Shown piece after piece: positions 39,307-51,135 of a stretch of DNA of 64,000 nt. The position numbers and the translations under genes are program-made. The notes beneath the pieces were generated by a model that was not told the origin of the DNA, did not search any database, and saw only the letters and a list, made by a program, of their open reading frames with translations. The first letter of the stretch is position 1. Each line of letters begins with the position of its first letter. Source of the stretch: Eledone cirrhosa (taxonomy: Eukaryota); the NCBI GenBank assembly GCA_964016885.1, contig OZ024742.1, positions 296,980,001-297,044,000 on the forward strand, written 5' to 3'.

Positions 39307-39617
39307 TGTTTCTGTATTGGCCACAAGGGCTAACACGAAGAAAAACATTACAGACGGCACAGAACAGTACAAGACGATACAAAGTGGGTTTTGGTCGTGT
39401 AAACAGGTTATAACAAAATTGGGCTAGAAATCAAAAAATTCAAACAACAAAAATTCCCCAAAAAGGAGCAAACATCCGAGGGTCACTCGTGGAGAAAACC
39501 ACACAAACAGGCAATGGCCACTCTGACCATACTCGTCGCTCTTTCCCTCCATAGAACGCCGAGGTGTATGTTCCACCGATACTAGTGCCTAGCTGGTAGA
39601 GGGCAGTGAGGGCTTGG
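39307..39617 (-). mobile_element. Truncated, internally deleted Tx1-like 3' fragment
   Basis: Duplicates the 3' UTR at 39627-39845 and joins it to an ORF2 segment (TSAFYGG). Bounded by AAT repeats. Confidence 0.82.
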
Positions 39618-39626
39618 AATAATAAT

Positions 39627-42600
39627 GATTTCTTTATTGGCCACAAGAAAGACATTACAGACGGCACAGAACTATAGAGGACGATACAAAGTGGGTTTTG
39701 GCAGTGTAAACAGGTTATAACAAGATAGAAATCGGGATAGAAATAAAAAAAATTCAAACAACAAAAATTCACCCAAAAGGGGGAAGCATCCGAGGGTCAC
39801 TCGTGGTGAAAACCACACAAAAGACCACGGCCACCCTGACCACCAGGGCAAGCACCCTCTCTCAGTTTTCCCACTCCTCAGTCTACAGGCGCATACTCAG
39901 AACGGGCCCATTCACTTGGACCAGACTCGCCACTTTCACCCACCTTTCAACAAACTTACTAGAAGACAGCACTTGCCTCTCCACCCTGATTTTCCTCTTC
40001 AAGTGAAACTTGAAAAAGTTGATCAGGGATTGGCCGGAGAGGAAAGTGTCCGTCTTCAACCCTTTCAACCTTGAACACCACACAATCTCTTTCGCCATGG
40101 CCACCAGGCAGAGGAAAACTGTCTGCCCTTCCTCCTCTTTAAAGGAGCTTGGCGGGGCTATCTGTACAATGGACTCAGTCGATAACCGGATCGGTTCTAC
40201 ACACGACAGCAGCTGTTCGACATAGCTCCACAAGACAGCAATCGTCGGCCACTGAACGAGTGCGCGCGGGATGGTTCGTTGCCCTGTGCGCATCTTGGAC
40301 CAGCTCGGCTGACAGAACTTCTGTGCCTGTAGAGCTTATGCCGAACCAGCAACGCTCTCCGGTAGCACTGCCAGGCCGGGGATTTCTGGAAGTTGTCCAT
40401 AGGCCCCGGGCTGAAAGTTCTCTTGAAGAGAGCAAACAGCTGATCGTCTTCGACGCCCAGGGTCTCCCTGAGAGCATCCTCACTCTTCCCCTCCACTAGC
40501 CCTCTATAGAATGCCGAGGTGGATTTTCCACAGAAAATGGATCGTCTGACCATGGGAGCACATCCCTTCCACAAAAAACGGAAGAGAAGGCGCTCCATTT
40601 CGGTCAGAGTTGGGCAGGGGAAAGATACGATGGTCAAGCGGTAGCAGATGACGGACGCGATGTACGCATTCGCCACCTCCGCCGAACATTTCTGGGTGAG
40701 AGAGGCCACCCTGCTCGCCAGCACCCCACGACGCTGTCGGACGGCATAGACTTGCCTCTCCAGGTGCCGAGTTTATCTTTGCTCCTGTCACTGCTTCGTA
40801 TTCCTTGAGAGCGGTGTCGAGCCTCTGGACGTGTTTGCTACTCGACACCACCACGGTGACGGCGTCGGCGTAAGCTGACATGGATCTCCCTCATCCCAGT
40901 TCGCATGGGACCACCCTCATCGTCTCCAATTTGTGCAGTAACGGCTCGAGGGCCAATATATACAAGAGGGACCAGAGGGGACAACTTTGGTGGACTGAGC
41001 GCATGATGCTGAATGGCTGCGCCAGGTGACCATTCACCCTCACAATCGAGCAGATGTCGCCGTGCATCGCAGTGATCCAGCCACTAAAGACATGCCTGAA
41101 GCCGGCCGCCTCGAGGACTACAGTCAGGTACCGATGGCCGACCCTATCAAATGCTTTAGATTGATCCAAGTTGAACAGGGCCCTACCCGTGCCAGGTTCC
41201 TTAACCACCCTCTCTATCAAGTATCGCATGAGATGGAGGTTGTCATGGATGGATCTGTCCGGAATGGCACATTACTGCGCCTCTCCCATCAGATCACCGA
41301 CAACAACCACCAATCTCTTTGCTAACACCTTGACCAAAATCTTCAACTCTGCGTTTAGCAGAGTTATGGGGCTGAACTTGTCTATAACGTCCTCCTTGTT
41401 CGGGTCTTTTCTCAGCAGCACCACCGCTCCTGGGCTCACAAAACTGGGAATGCTCCCTTTCTGCTGCCAGATGCAATAGACATCTGCCACAAGGTTTCCG
41501 AACAAGTCTGGCATATACACAGAAAGCGCGTAGGGCCATGCAAACCCGGCGATTTACCCCTCGTGCAGTCAGACATGGCTTCCCGTATTTCACCTGCCGT
41601 TATCTGCATTTCGCAGCACTGTGCGGCGGTCGTCGAGTCGAAAGCCGCGGCAGTCCGTCGAGGTATGCACCGAAGTCCATACTCCTATCCGGCCCGCCAC
41701 CGCTCCGGAACAATTGAGCAAAGTGCTGTTGAAAAGCCGCACACATCTGCTCGAGTTCGAGCAACATGCGCCCATTTTGATCAGGAAAAGACCGAATTGT
41801 GGACTTGTTGCCACGTCACGCCTCCACCACCCGGGCCCATTTGAACGGCTTTCGTCCCCTCGTGTCTCAGAGCACGCGCTCTTGCTCTGACAACGCAGCC
41901 TTAACGATTTGCGCATCGGTTGCGATGCCTGTCCAAAACGCCTCTTCTAGCTTTCTAACTAACTCTCCCTCTACTCTATTTTCACTACTCCTTTGCTAAA
42001 CCTTATCGATTTTACTCTAATAGCCCTTTTCAGGGTAAACCATCACCTGTTGTTGACGATCGCACCCGTCACTAATTCGCTAATTCGGTCTCTGTAAACT
42101 TTGCACGCCGGAACGACGCGTTCAGCTTCCAGTAACCGGGTCCTTGCCTATGGAGTTTTCTAAGTCAACTTCACAGATCACAAATTTGTGGTCCGTGTAA
42201 TCGACTACTTTAAATTGTGGACAACCTACACTAGCCTTATCTCTTTCCCTACAGAATACCCTATCTAAATACGATCTGGATGACCCGATGCTGTTTGCTC
42301 ATGTCCATATTGGCACATTCAGATAATCCATTCTATACCTGTCAGACAGTTCAAAACGTCTGAGCAAGTTGTTGAGGCTTTTACACCATCCTTCCCTGTC
42401 TACTAGCCCCACATAATCCCAGGGTGCATCTAAGATACCGTTCCAGTCGCCCACTAACACTGAAAAGCGGGACGTTTCAAGAAAGGTCTCTAGACATCTG
42501 AATAAATCTGGCCATCCTACATCCTAGCCTGAAAGCATTGCTTTCGCTGCCGGTCACGTCCAGCACCACCGACTTACCTTCTGGGTCCAGGAAGATGGCC

Positions 42601-44905
42601 CGTATTGCGAGATCCAAGCCTCTCCGAAAAAGCACAGCAACTCCTCCCCCTGAACCTGGACGGCTGGGAGATGCGTATACATCGTAGCCGCCAAAGATCG
42701 GTGCGAAAGCTCGTGCTTCCGAGATTCTGGTCTCGCTGATAGCCACCACATCTATGTTTAGTGACATGAGGTCGTTGAGCAGGTGACCCTGCTTCCAAGA
42801 TAACCCCAGGGTACGTACATTTATACTGCCTATTCTAAGTACGGCCATGCTGGGTGAGAAACGGGGTAAGTGAGAAAGGATCACTTACCTTGATCTTTAG
42901 GGAATTTTTGTTTTATTTGTTTGTAATCTTCGAGTTCAATTTCCACAATGTTTAATATTTTTTGGTAATGTTCTTGATGTTGGTGTGGTGTGGTAATTTA
43001 CGTCTGAAATATCGGTGTGCTGTTTTATATGTTCCATTAGTCCTTGGTGTGCAATGTTTATGGCTGTGTACTTTGGGGGAGGGAGGGGTGGTTTTGTTGC
43101 TGTTTTCTTGTTGCTGCTGTTGGGTGTGTGTGCTTTGTTGGGTTTGCAATGTTGCTGTTTGTGGTGATGCTGGTGATGCTTGTGGTGGTGATGGTGGTGG
43201 CGTTGCTGCAAGTCCCCTTGCAGCCTTTACCCTTCTTTGTTTGTCCTCGCTTTTGGAGGGCGAAGCTAAGTGGCTCTTTCGGTTTTGCTTTTTGTGGTAG
43301 ACCTTTTCCCACTTCAATCCCGCCTCATACTCCATGTCGGATTCCGTAGCGTCTGGGAGAGGTATGTGCTCCACGGATGTTGGTGGTAGTCGTATAGCAC
43401 CCTCTGGCGATTTTGTTGCTGGTGCAGCTACTCCAAATGTAGCTACTGGTGTTGCGACCACTGCTGCCGCTGTTTAGTTGTCCGTGGCCTTGGTATGGGT
43501 GCCACGGACGTTGCCCTCCTACTCGCCGTGGAAGGGTCTTCTGCCTCTGTTGCCTGCCCTGCTCTTGGTAGCAGCGGATCAGGCGTCGGAAGGAGAGGAG
43601 CCTTCTTCTTGGCTGTCTTCTGCGGGCAAAAGGCCCTGATGTGATCCTTTTGCCCACAGAGATAGCACTTTGGGCGCCTTCTTTCCATGGTTATAGGGAG
43701 ATGGAGTCCTTTCTCGAGGTCTATGATATCTGGGATAGCCTCGATACACTCCTGGTCAGATTGTATTAGCATTTGCATGCCTATACCAGACCAGTTCTCT
43801 CTTCCCATTCTCTCTATTTGCAGTATGGTGGTCCTGTCCTCGATTCCAGCAAGGACAGACGCGGCCAGCCAAGCTATGGGCTCGTCGCGTGGGACCTGGG
43901 TCCTTTTGACCCTCACAATTTTCTGCCCGCAGTAGGAGGGCACCAAGACTATGTCCTCACTCTTTAGAGTTTCCAAAGAGTGAGACTTTGCCTCTTGGAG
44001 GGGGGGGGGGGCGAACAGTACGTCTACTATGGCATACTTTTTGCCTCGGGTGATGTGGGTTTTCCGCGCCCAGACGCACACCAAGGCCTTTTGGATTTGA
44101 GCCTCCGTGGCTCTCTCCACCCAATGTGACATTTTTCTTACGGTGCGGTAAGTCACTGTCCGTAGCTGCTGGACCTTGAAAAAATCGGGTGGAGATTTCA
44201 AGGAAACTCTATTGTCATTTCTTGTCACCATGGCACTTGCGACTGCCATCTCCTCCTCCGTGACTAGCACTGTTTCTATATTTCGGGCCACACCTGCGAA
44301 AGAAGTGGCCCCTTTTTCAGCGGCACCATTATTGCTGCCGCTACTGCCGTTACTGGTCTTGTTGTTGTTGCTGCTGCTACTGCTACAAACGGTGCTGTTG
44401 GTGGTGTTGCTGTTATCACTGTTGCTGTTGGTGTTGTCGTTGTTTATTTTCTTGTTAGTGGTGTTAATATCGTTGTTGCATTTGTTATCATGTTTTTCTG
44501 TTGTCTGTATTTTGGTTGTCGCTGTTACTGTTGTAGTTGGTGTGGTAATTTTTTTTAAATTAGTGTTCTCAGTGTTGTTGTCATTGCTGTCTTTGTTCAC
44601 GTTGTTTGTGGTGGTGTTTCTTGTGTCAATTTCTGTAACCTCCTCTCAACTTTTACGCCGTTGTCACATGACAGCAGACATATTGCTGGGGGGTGTGGCT
44701 CAGCCATGTTTTTTTAAAATAATTTTTAAAAGTAAAATTTTCAAATATTTGGGCCAAAAGGCTCAACTATTATACTTTCCCCTTCACAGGGCAAAGTCCA
44801 AGGGCTTATATCCCTTACACAACAAGAAAAATTTAACAACAAATAATTATAACATGTAAATAAAGCGACTTACTGAGAGCGAGCAAAAAGACGTCCGATG
44901 AGGCC
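39627..44905 (-). mobile_element. Full-length Tx1/L1-clade LINE copy 2 (related family, disrupted)
   Basis: ORF1 43443-44707 with CYLCGQKDHIRAFC. ORF2 from the ATG at 42848 with GSINVRTL, DQSKAFDRV and YADA. The 5' end (GGCC) abuts (AAT)n. Confidence 0.92.
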
Positions 44906-44943
44906 AATAATAATAATAATAATAATCATAATAATAATAATAT

Positions 44944-45148
44944 TTGTTTCTACTTTAGGCACAAGGCCAGCAATTTTTGGTTAGGGGAGATTCGATTAAA
45001 TCAAACCCGGTACATTACTGGTACTTTATTTTATTGTCCCTGTAAGGATGAAAGGCAAAGCTATTCTTGGTGGGATTTAAACTCAGACTGTAAAAGGACA
45101 TAACTATGCTGCAAAGCATAGTTCCGATGCTCTACTGACGCTACCAAT
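44944..45148 (-). mobile_element. SINE family A (longer subfamily)
   Basis: Same tail, core and head as other copies; flanked by AAT repeats. Confidence 0.85.
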
Positions 45149-46844
45149 AATGATAATAATAAACATTTTCAAAATAACTTTATTCATTATTCCCATAATC
45201 TATAATTAATATTAGCTCAACTTTACTTCAGACTAGATCCAAATTGTTGATAAAATTATAATTGTTGTGATTAGTTGAGAGCTAAATTTAGATTTCAGGC
45301 TCATGTTTCTCACAATTAATTATCTATTCATTAAAATTGATGAAAGATGATTATTAATATTTGACATCATTATCATGAAATATAACCAATGAATTGAATG
45401 TCAGATAGAACATTAGAACTTTTTAAAGGCAGTTCACTTTCAAACTATCATCTTCGTCATCATCAATATTGTTAAGTCCACGTCTCCATGCTGACATTAG
45501 TTAAACGAGACTTTTTGAGACAGAATTCTACAGCTGGATGCACTTCCTGATAACAAGCCCTACAATCTAAATTTAATCCAAAAGAGAAGAAATCGGAACA
45601 ATTTTCTTTGAAAGTTCCTTATACTCTGAAGACGGGAATTTTAAATCCTGAAACTTTAGGACAAAAGAAATAACAGCAACAACAAAGAAAAACAAAACAA
45701 AGATTACCGGGTAACTTACTTTTTCATTACCTTCATCTGTCAGTCCATTTTGCATTGTTTAACCTTATATGACTTTCCACATTATATATTATATACAATG
45801 CTTCAAGCAAACTATAACATTTTATTTAACCCTATTGGTTTTTTAAGGTACATCACATGTTGAACCTCTGAGCTGCAGGACATATTGTTTATGTGGGACA
45901 CAATCAAATGTCACAGTTCCAATGTAAAGTGAACACACATGCAGAGACACACACACACACAAGCAAACACATGCATATACAATGATATGCATGGTTTCCA
46001 TCAACTAATTTTACTCACAGACAACTGGGCATCCTGAAACCATGTGGTAGTGATGAGAATTTATTAAACTCACTGCCATGCTTGCACCTGTATCAAAGGA
46101 AGGAGAGTCCAAACGGTGTTTTTGTCTGCTCATGATTAAATGGGCTGCTAAAAACCCATATGATTGTACATACCACTAGGTCATACTTAGTTGTGTGTGG
46201 CAGCCATAACTTTTATTTTTCATATTTGCAGATCTCGTACATTGACATGTATCAAGATAAAAAAATTCTTTTGATGTTGTTACCTAGAGAATCATATTCC
46301 TGTAACAGAATGATAATTTCTCTACAATAAAAACCTTTGCCAAATGCTTTGAACTTTTTCCAACTTGAAACAATTGGCTATAATTTTTTTATAACCCTAA
46401 GTAACATTTCTATAACAAAAATAATTCAATATTTTTTTACTTTGCGTTACAAAGCATTCATTTGACAGAATTCTTAAACATGATGTGAGTTCAACAAGAG
46501 TATAATGCAATTTGTTAGCATATAAATGCAAGAATGGCTGTGATTAAAGAATTTGTTTCACAGCCACGTAGGTTGCATTTCAGTCCCATTCCTTTTTGAG
46601 TTTTCGTTTTAAATAATAGATTATATCAGCATTCATTTTATTCACAATTGTATAAATAACATCACAAACTGTACACAATTCTTTCAAAATGAAAATATAA
46701 ACACATAATAAATACAGTTAACTATTGCTGGGAGCCTCACAGATATAATGCATCAAAATATAATATCAGAGTGAGAGAAAGAAAAGAAGGGAAACAATAC
46801 AAAAACGACCATCAATTCACCACCAAGTGTGAAAATTAGCCACA

Positions 46845-47000
46845 CATCACAAGGACCAATGGAATATCTTAATGGAAACCAATGTGCTCGCAGCATTACT
46901 ACGGGTGATAGTGATGCTAAGGCGCTGAAACAACCAGGCATCCTCATGGACATCACCTGACATCTCAGTAAGGTGAGCCACCAACGATGACTAGACTAGA
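46845..47000 (-). mobile_element. CRE-clade non-LTR retrotransposon 3' ORF fragment
   Basis: Manual minus-strand translation VAHLTEMSGDVHEDAWLFQRLSITITRSNAASTLVS matches the CRE RLE terminus pattern LxQRxSxxxxRGNAxS. Confidence 0.7.
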
Positions 47001-47070
47001 ACTTCACTGTCAGTAGCCACTAATCGTTTTAGTGAAGTATATATATATGTACATACTATATTCTACACAC

Positions 47071-47107
<37 letters not shown>

Positions 47108-47119
47108 TGTTAAGTGGTC

Positions 47120-47315
47120 TGGTAGGTGTCACAACAAAAAGCACCCAGTACTCACTGTAAATGAGGTTGGCACTAGGAAAGGGATCCAGCTGTAGAAACC
47201 AAGCCAGAATCGGTTCTGTATGAGCATGATATGGTCACCTGACCATGTCATTACTCACAACAGGATAAGTCATCTAACCCATGCCACCGTGGAAAAGTAG
47301 CTGATGATGATGATA
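47120..47315 (+). mobile_element. Short RTE-tailed element
   Basis: aaaaagcacccagtactcactgtaaatgaggttggcactaggaaagggatccagctgtag...aacccatgcc..gtggaaaa..(tga)n. Confidence 0.72.
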
Positions 47316-47445
47316 AATATATATATATATAGTGTAGCAAATAGTATGTGCATATATATATCATAAGTGTGCATGCATTTGTGAGTCAATGTCTTTATGG
47401 TGCATGTAACACAGAAGTTCTAGGAAAAGAGATCAAGAAAATAAT

Positions 47446-47567
47446 TGTTTCTACTTTTGGCACAAGGCCAGCAATTACCCCAGTGCATTACTGGTGCTTT
47501 ATTTTATCAACCCTGTAAGGATAAAAGGCAAAGTTAACCTCGGCGGGATTAACTTTGCCTTTTATCT
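47446..47567 (-). mobile_element. 5'-truncated SINE family A with a fold-back junction
   Basis: TSD agaaaataat at 47436-47445 and 47568-47577; 18-bp inverted duplication at the truncation point. Confidence 0.85.
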
Positions 47568-48836
47568 AGAAAATAATACTGGGCAACTTATATGATTGAT
47601 TAAAGCGTTACAAGTAATGCCCCAGCATGGTCGCTGAAAGGATAAAATAACGATAGAACATTTATTTCATCATCGCTATGATCATCATCAGGAAAAGCAA
47701 CAATTTTCCAAACTTTTAATGTTGAATTTATTAATTGTAATTTAAAAAAAAAAAAAGAAAAAACTCCAATGAGGTCTGATTAGTTATTATAGTAACCATC
47801 TTAGTATTTACATTACTCAAGCCAAGTGGACAGATTTTTAATTAATAGATTAAATATTCCTCTAATTTACTCTATAACTCAATCAAATAACAATAAATTA
47901 GAAAACAAACTATTATTTTTTTTTTTCTGTAATTTTATATTTTTATACTCAAATAAACTTTACAAATATGTGATTTGTTTTTATTCCATGATTTTATTTC
48001 CCATTTAAGAATAAGCCTGAAAAATTTGTATTTTTCTATAACAATTACCCAACAATCTGGATTTTAATTAACGAAATAAAGTTAAAATTAGGGAGACATT
48101 ATTGAAAATTAAAACGATCTTCTTCCCATATCATAGTAGAACATAAAATTCTGTTTCCACAATCTAAATGATTGTAGACATCAATCTAAATGTTTCTAAA
48201 TTAGACATCTCTTCATTAAAATGGAATACGTGCTTTCCATTAAAGACAAAAATAATACAATGTTGAGATGCTTACACATAAAAGCTTTCAGTTTAATTAC
48301 TTCAAATATTATGAAAAAAATACATCATTAATTATACTTTGCATTACTCTGTCTGATATATTACAGACATGTGATATATAATACATTTTTTCTACACTGT
48401 TTGATAAGTTATAGCAATACAGGACCATATCAAAACATTATATTTTGAAAATGAACATTATATATTTTTTAAAGCATTTATTGAATTACTTAAAATAGTA
48501 GTTAAACAACCAACTACAAATTAGTATTCTTTCTTCCTTTCTTTCCTCATCACATCTCACATTCTAATAACCACTGTACTGCCACCTTGCCATTCAGTGC
48601 CCCTCTTCAGAGTCCCAGCACCCCCAAAAATGTAATGATGCCCATTGTTGGAATCATTGATCTATAGCATGATAATACATTTGCAAAGTAGTTGTTTACA
48701 GTGTATGAAGCTTTGTTTAATGTATTCGGTTAATGCTGCAAACGCTATTCACTCTTATTTTCACTACCTGCTGTTATGGAATTTTTGATAATTTGAGTAA
48801 AAATATTTATATTCAAAGTTACAATAACATTTTGAA

Positions 48837-49325
48837 GGGTGTGACATTTCACAGATATCAAGAGGAGCAACAACTTTATGAGCATGGATCCAATACAGTG
48901 ACTAAACCATCCAAGGTTTGTGTTGGTGTGTTTTTCTTCTTGTTTGATGCTCCTCTCTTTTTCTCTTATATACACATATATACACCAGGTCCAAACACAA
49001 AAGTACCAAAACCCCACTGTCACTGCCTCTGTCGCTCCCGCTGGGAAAACGGGAGAAGATGTGCTGGCTGCCCTGCAGCCCCGGCAGACTGGCCATCCTG
49101 CAGCCCTGGGAGATAGAATAGAGAAGGTTTTTCCTTGGAGGATGGTGAGGGAGAGCCATTCAATCTCGGAAGGCTCACACCTGCGAGTAGCCAACTCTGT
49201 GCTGATGGAGGTGAGCAGGGAGGTGGCCCTAGAGCCAAGAACACCAGAAGTTTCCACTACCACAGGCTTGACCACAAACCTGTCGGAGAGCAACCAATAT
49301 TTGGAGTGTGCTCTAGGTACATAGC
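48837..49325 (-). mobile_element. CRE-clade non-LTR retrotransposon 3' fragment (RLE end + probable 3' UTR)
   Basis: KYWLLSDRFVVKPVVVETSGVLG..ATSLL..EWLSLTILQGKTFSIL resembles the CRE RLE. The segment 48837-48988 recurs at 56931-57080. Confidence 0.68.
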
Positions 49326-49428
49326 TTAGCACAGATATTGACTGATTTGCATCTAATTTGACAATGTCCATTTGTTTCTATTTTATAATCATGTTTATAA
49401 TTGAACAATTCTAAGAACTAATAATAAT

Positions 49429-49512
49429 TGTTTCTACTTTTGGCACAAGGCCAGCAATTACCCAGTGTATTACTGGTACGTTATTTTATCGACCCCGTAA
49501 GGATGAAAGGCA
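49429..49512 (-). mobile_element. 5'-truncated SINE family A in the CR1 tail
   Basis: TSD aagaactaataataat at 49413-49428 and 49513-49528. Confidence 0.88.
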
Positions 49513-49528
49513 AAGAACTAATAATAAT

Positions 49529-50368
49529 AATGAAATGATTGTGTACAGTGCTCAGGTGCACTACAACTCATCAAAGGTGCATGTATAGTACATAGAACAA
49601 TGTACAAATGTCAGGAAAATGAACAGTGTACGAGTCATGAAATACATGTGTACGTGTGTATGGAGGGGGGACATCGAATTTCAGGAAGCATGGAGGTTTT
49701 AAAGGATGCAGTGTCTCGACAACTAACAACTGATGCAGGTAGGTTTTTCCATGCTTCATCAACTATGAGCGTGAAAAAATATTTCAGAAAGTCATGGGAG
49801 CTGTGCTGTTTTCTGACTTTGTGGGCATACCCACGTGTGTTAGGCACATGGAAATCAAAAAGGTACTCAGGGTTGTTGTTGGCAAGATGGTTAATAATTT
49901 TGTGGGTGTTTACCAAGTCAGTTGCTAGACGTCAGAGCTTCAATGTATCCATGCCCAGGGAAGCAAGGCATTCAGAGTATAGTAGATACCTGATGGAGGG
50001 TATTCACTTGGTTGCACGTCTCTGAACACTTTCCAGGAGGTCAATGTTCTGAGCAAGATAGGGGTTCCAGACTGATGATGCAAATTCTAAGTGTGGCTGC
50101 ACCATAGCTATATACAGCTTTAAATATATAGCTGGAGAACGGCTGACAAAGGTCTTGCTGAGTGATGCTAAGACACCCTTGGCCTTCTTGACAATTTTAG
50201 AGACGTGTTTCATCCAACGCAAATTGCTGCTGACAGTAATGCCCAGGTCACGTTCACAAGAAGACTTCTTGATGTCAGTGTTGTGGAGGGAGTATGTGGA
50301 TGCTGGGTTTTTACAAAATGCATGATGGTACACTTGTCCACAGCCAGCTTAGTTGCCAGTCTGTGTAG
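49529..50368 (-). mobile_element. 5'-truncated CR1-clade LINE
   Basis: ERDLGITVSSNLRW..H..LYIAMVQPHLEFASSVWNPY...LESVQRRATK; TRG..K..FF...V..WKNLP..VV; (ATT)n tail. Confidence 0.88.
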
Positions 50369-50820
50369 ACAGATTATATTTTACCTTCAATTGAATCTTT
50401 CATATAATGTTTGTTAATCTTCCAATCAGTGTAGTAAGGAAGCTAATGCTCTCAAAGTTAAGAGTAGGGGTAGGAAAACTTTTATCTCATTAAGCTTTTC
50501 TGTTTACTTAGAAAGTGAAGGACAATGTCCACAACCACGTACAGGGCTTTCATGACTGGTGGGAGTAAGGAAGGAATCCTCAAACTGGAATCTTAGTTCA
50601 AATACTTACTATGGATTAGCCTCCATTAAATACACCCAATGCCCAGGTAGTGGTATTAAACTGGATGACAGATTTTAAGAAATAGATTGATCCTCTAATA
50701 TCACTTACAGTAATATATTTCATTTTTAGACAGTTCTCTATAACAATTTAGGAGAAACTTAAGCAAATACAAACAAAATTCAGAGTTTCAATATGAAAGG
50801 GAATGTATAAAAAAAAAATT

Positions 50821-51135
50821 GGCGGCGAATTGGCAGATTCGTTAGAACGTCAGATAGAATGCTTTATGGTATTCGTTCTGGCTCTCTGTTCTCTGAGCTC
50901 AAATCTGAGCTCATTTTGAGGTTGATAAAATAGGTACCAGTCTAGTAGTGGGATTGGTTCTTCCTCTACATCTCTTGCTCATTTCCTCTCTCTCTTACTT
51001 TCTATCTTTCTCTGGAAGAAATCGTCTGTACTCAGGCCTCGAGAGGGATGGGCTCTGCCAGGCTTAAAATGACCAAGAAATGCTGTATGTCAACACAGCA
51101 CCACTACAACTACGAGGAGTTATGGGACCATACAT
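50821..51135 (+). mobile_element. SINE with a family A-like head and core but a different 3' tail
   Basis: GGCGGCGAATTGGCAGATTCGTTAG head, gaggttgataaaataggtaccag core and tail caggcctcgagagggatgggctctgccaggcttaaa. Second copy at 59868-60150. Confidence 0.7.

Noticed and set aside
44176-44859. Hydrophobic 227-aa plus-strand ORF, and other ORFs antisense to the LINEs
   Set aside because: Antisense shadows of low-complexity ORF1 or RT coding sequence.
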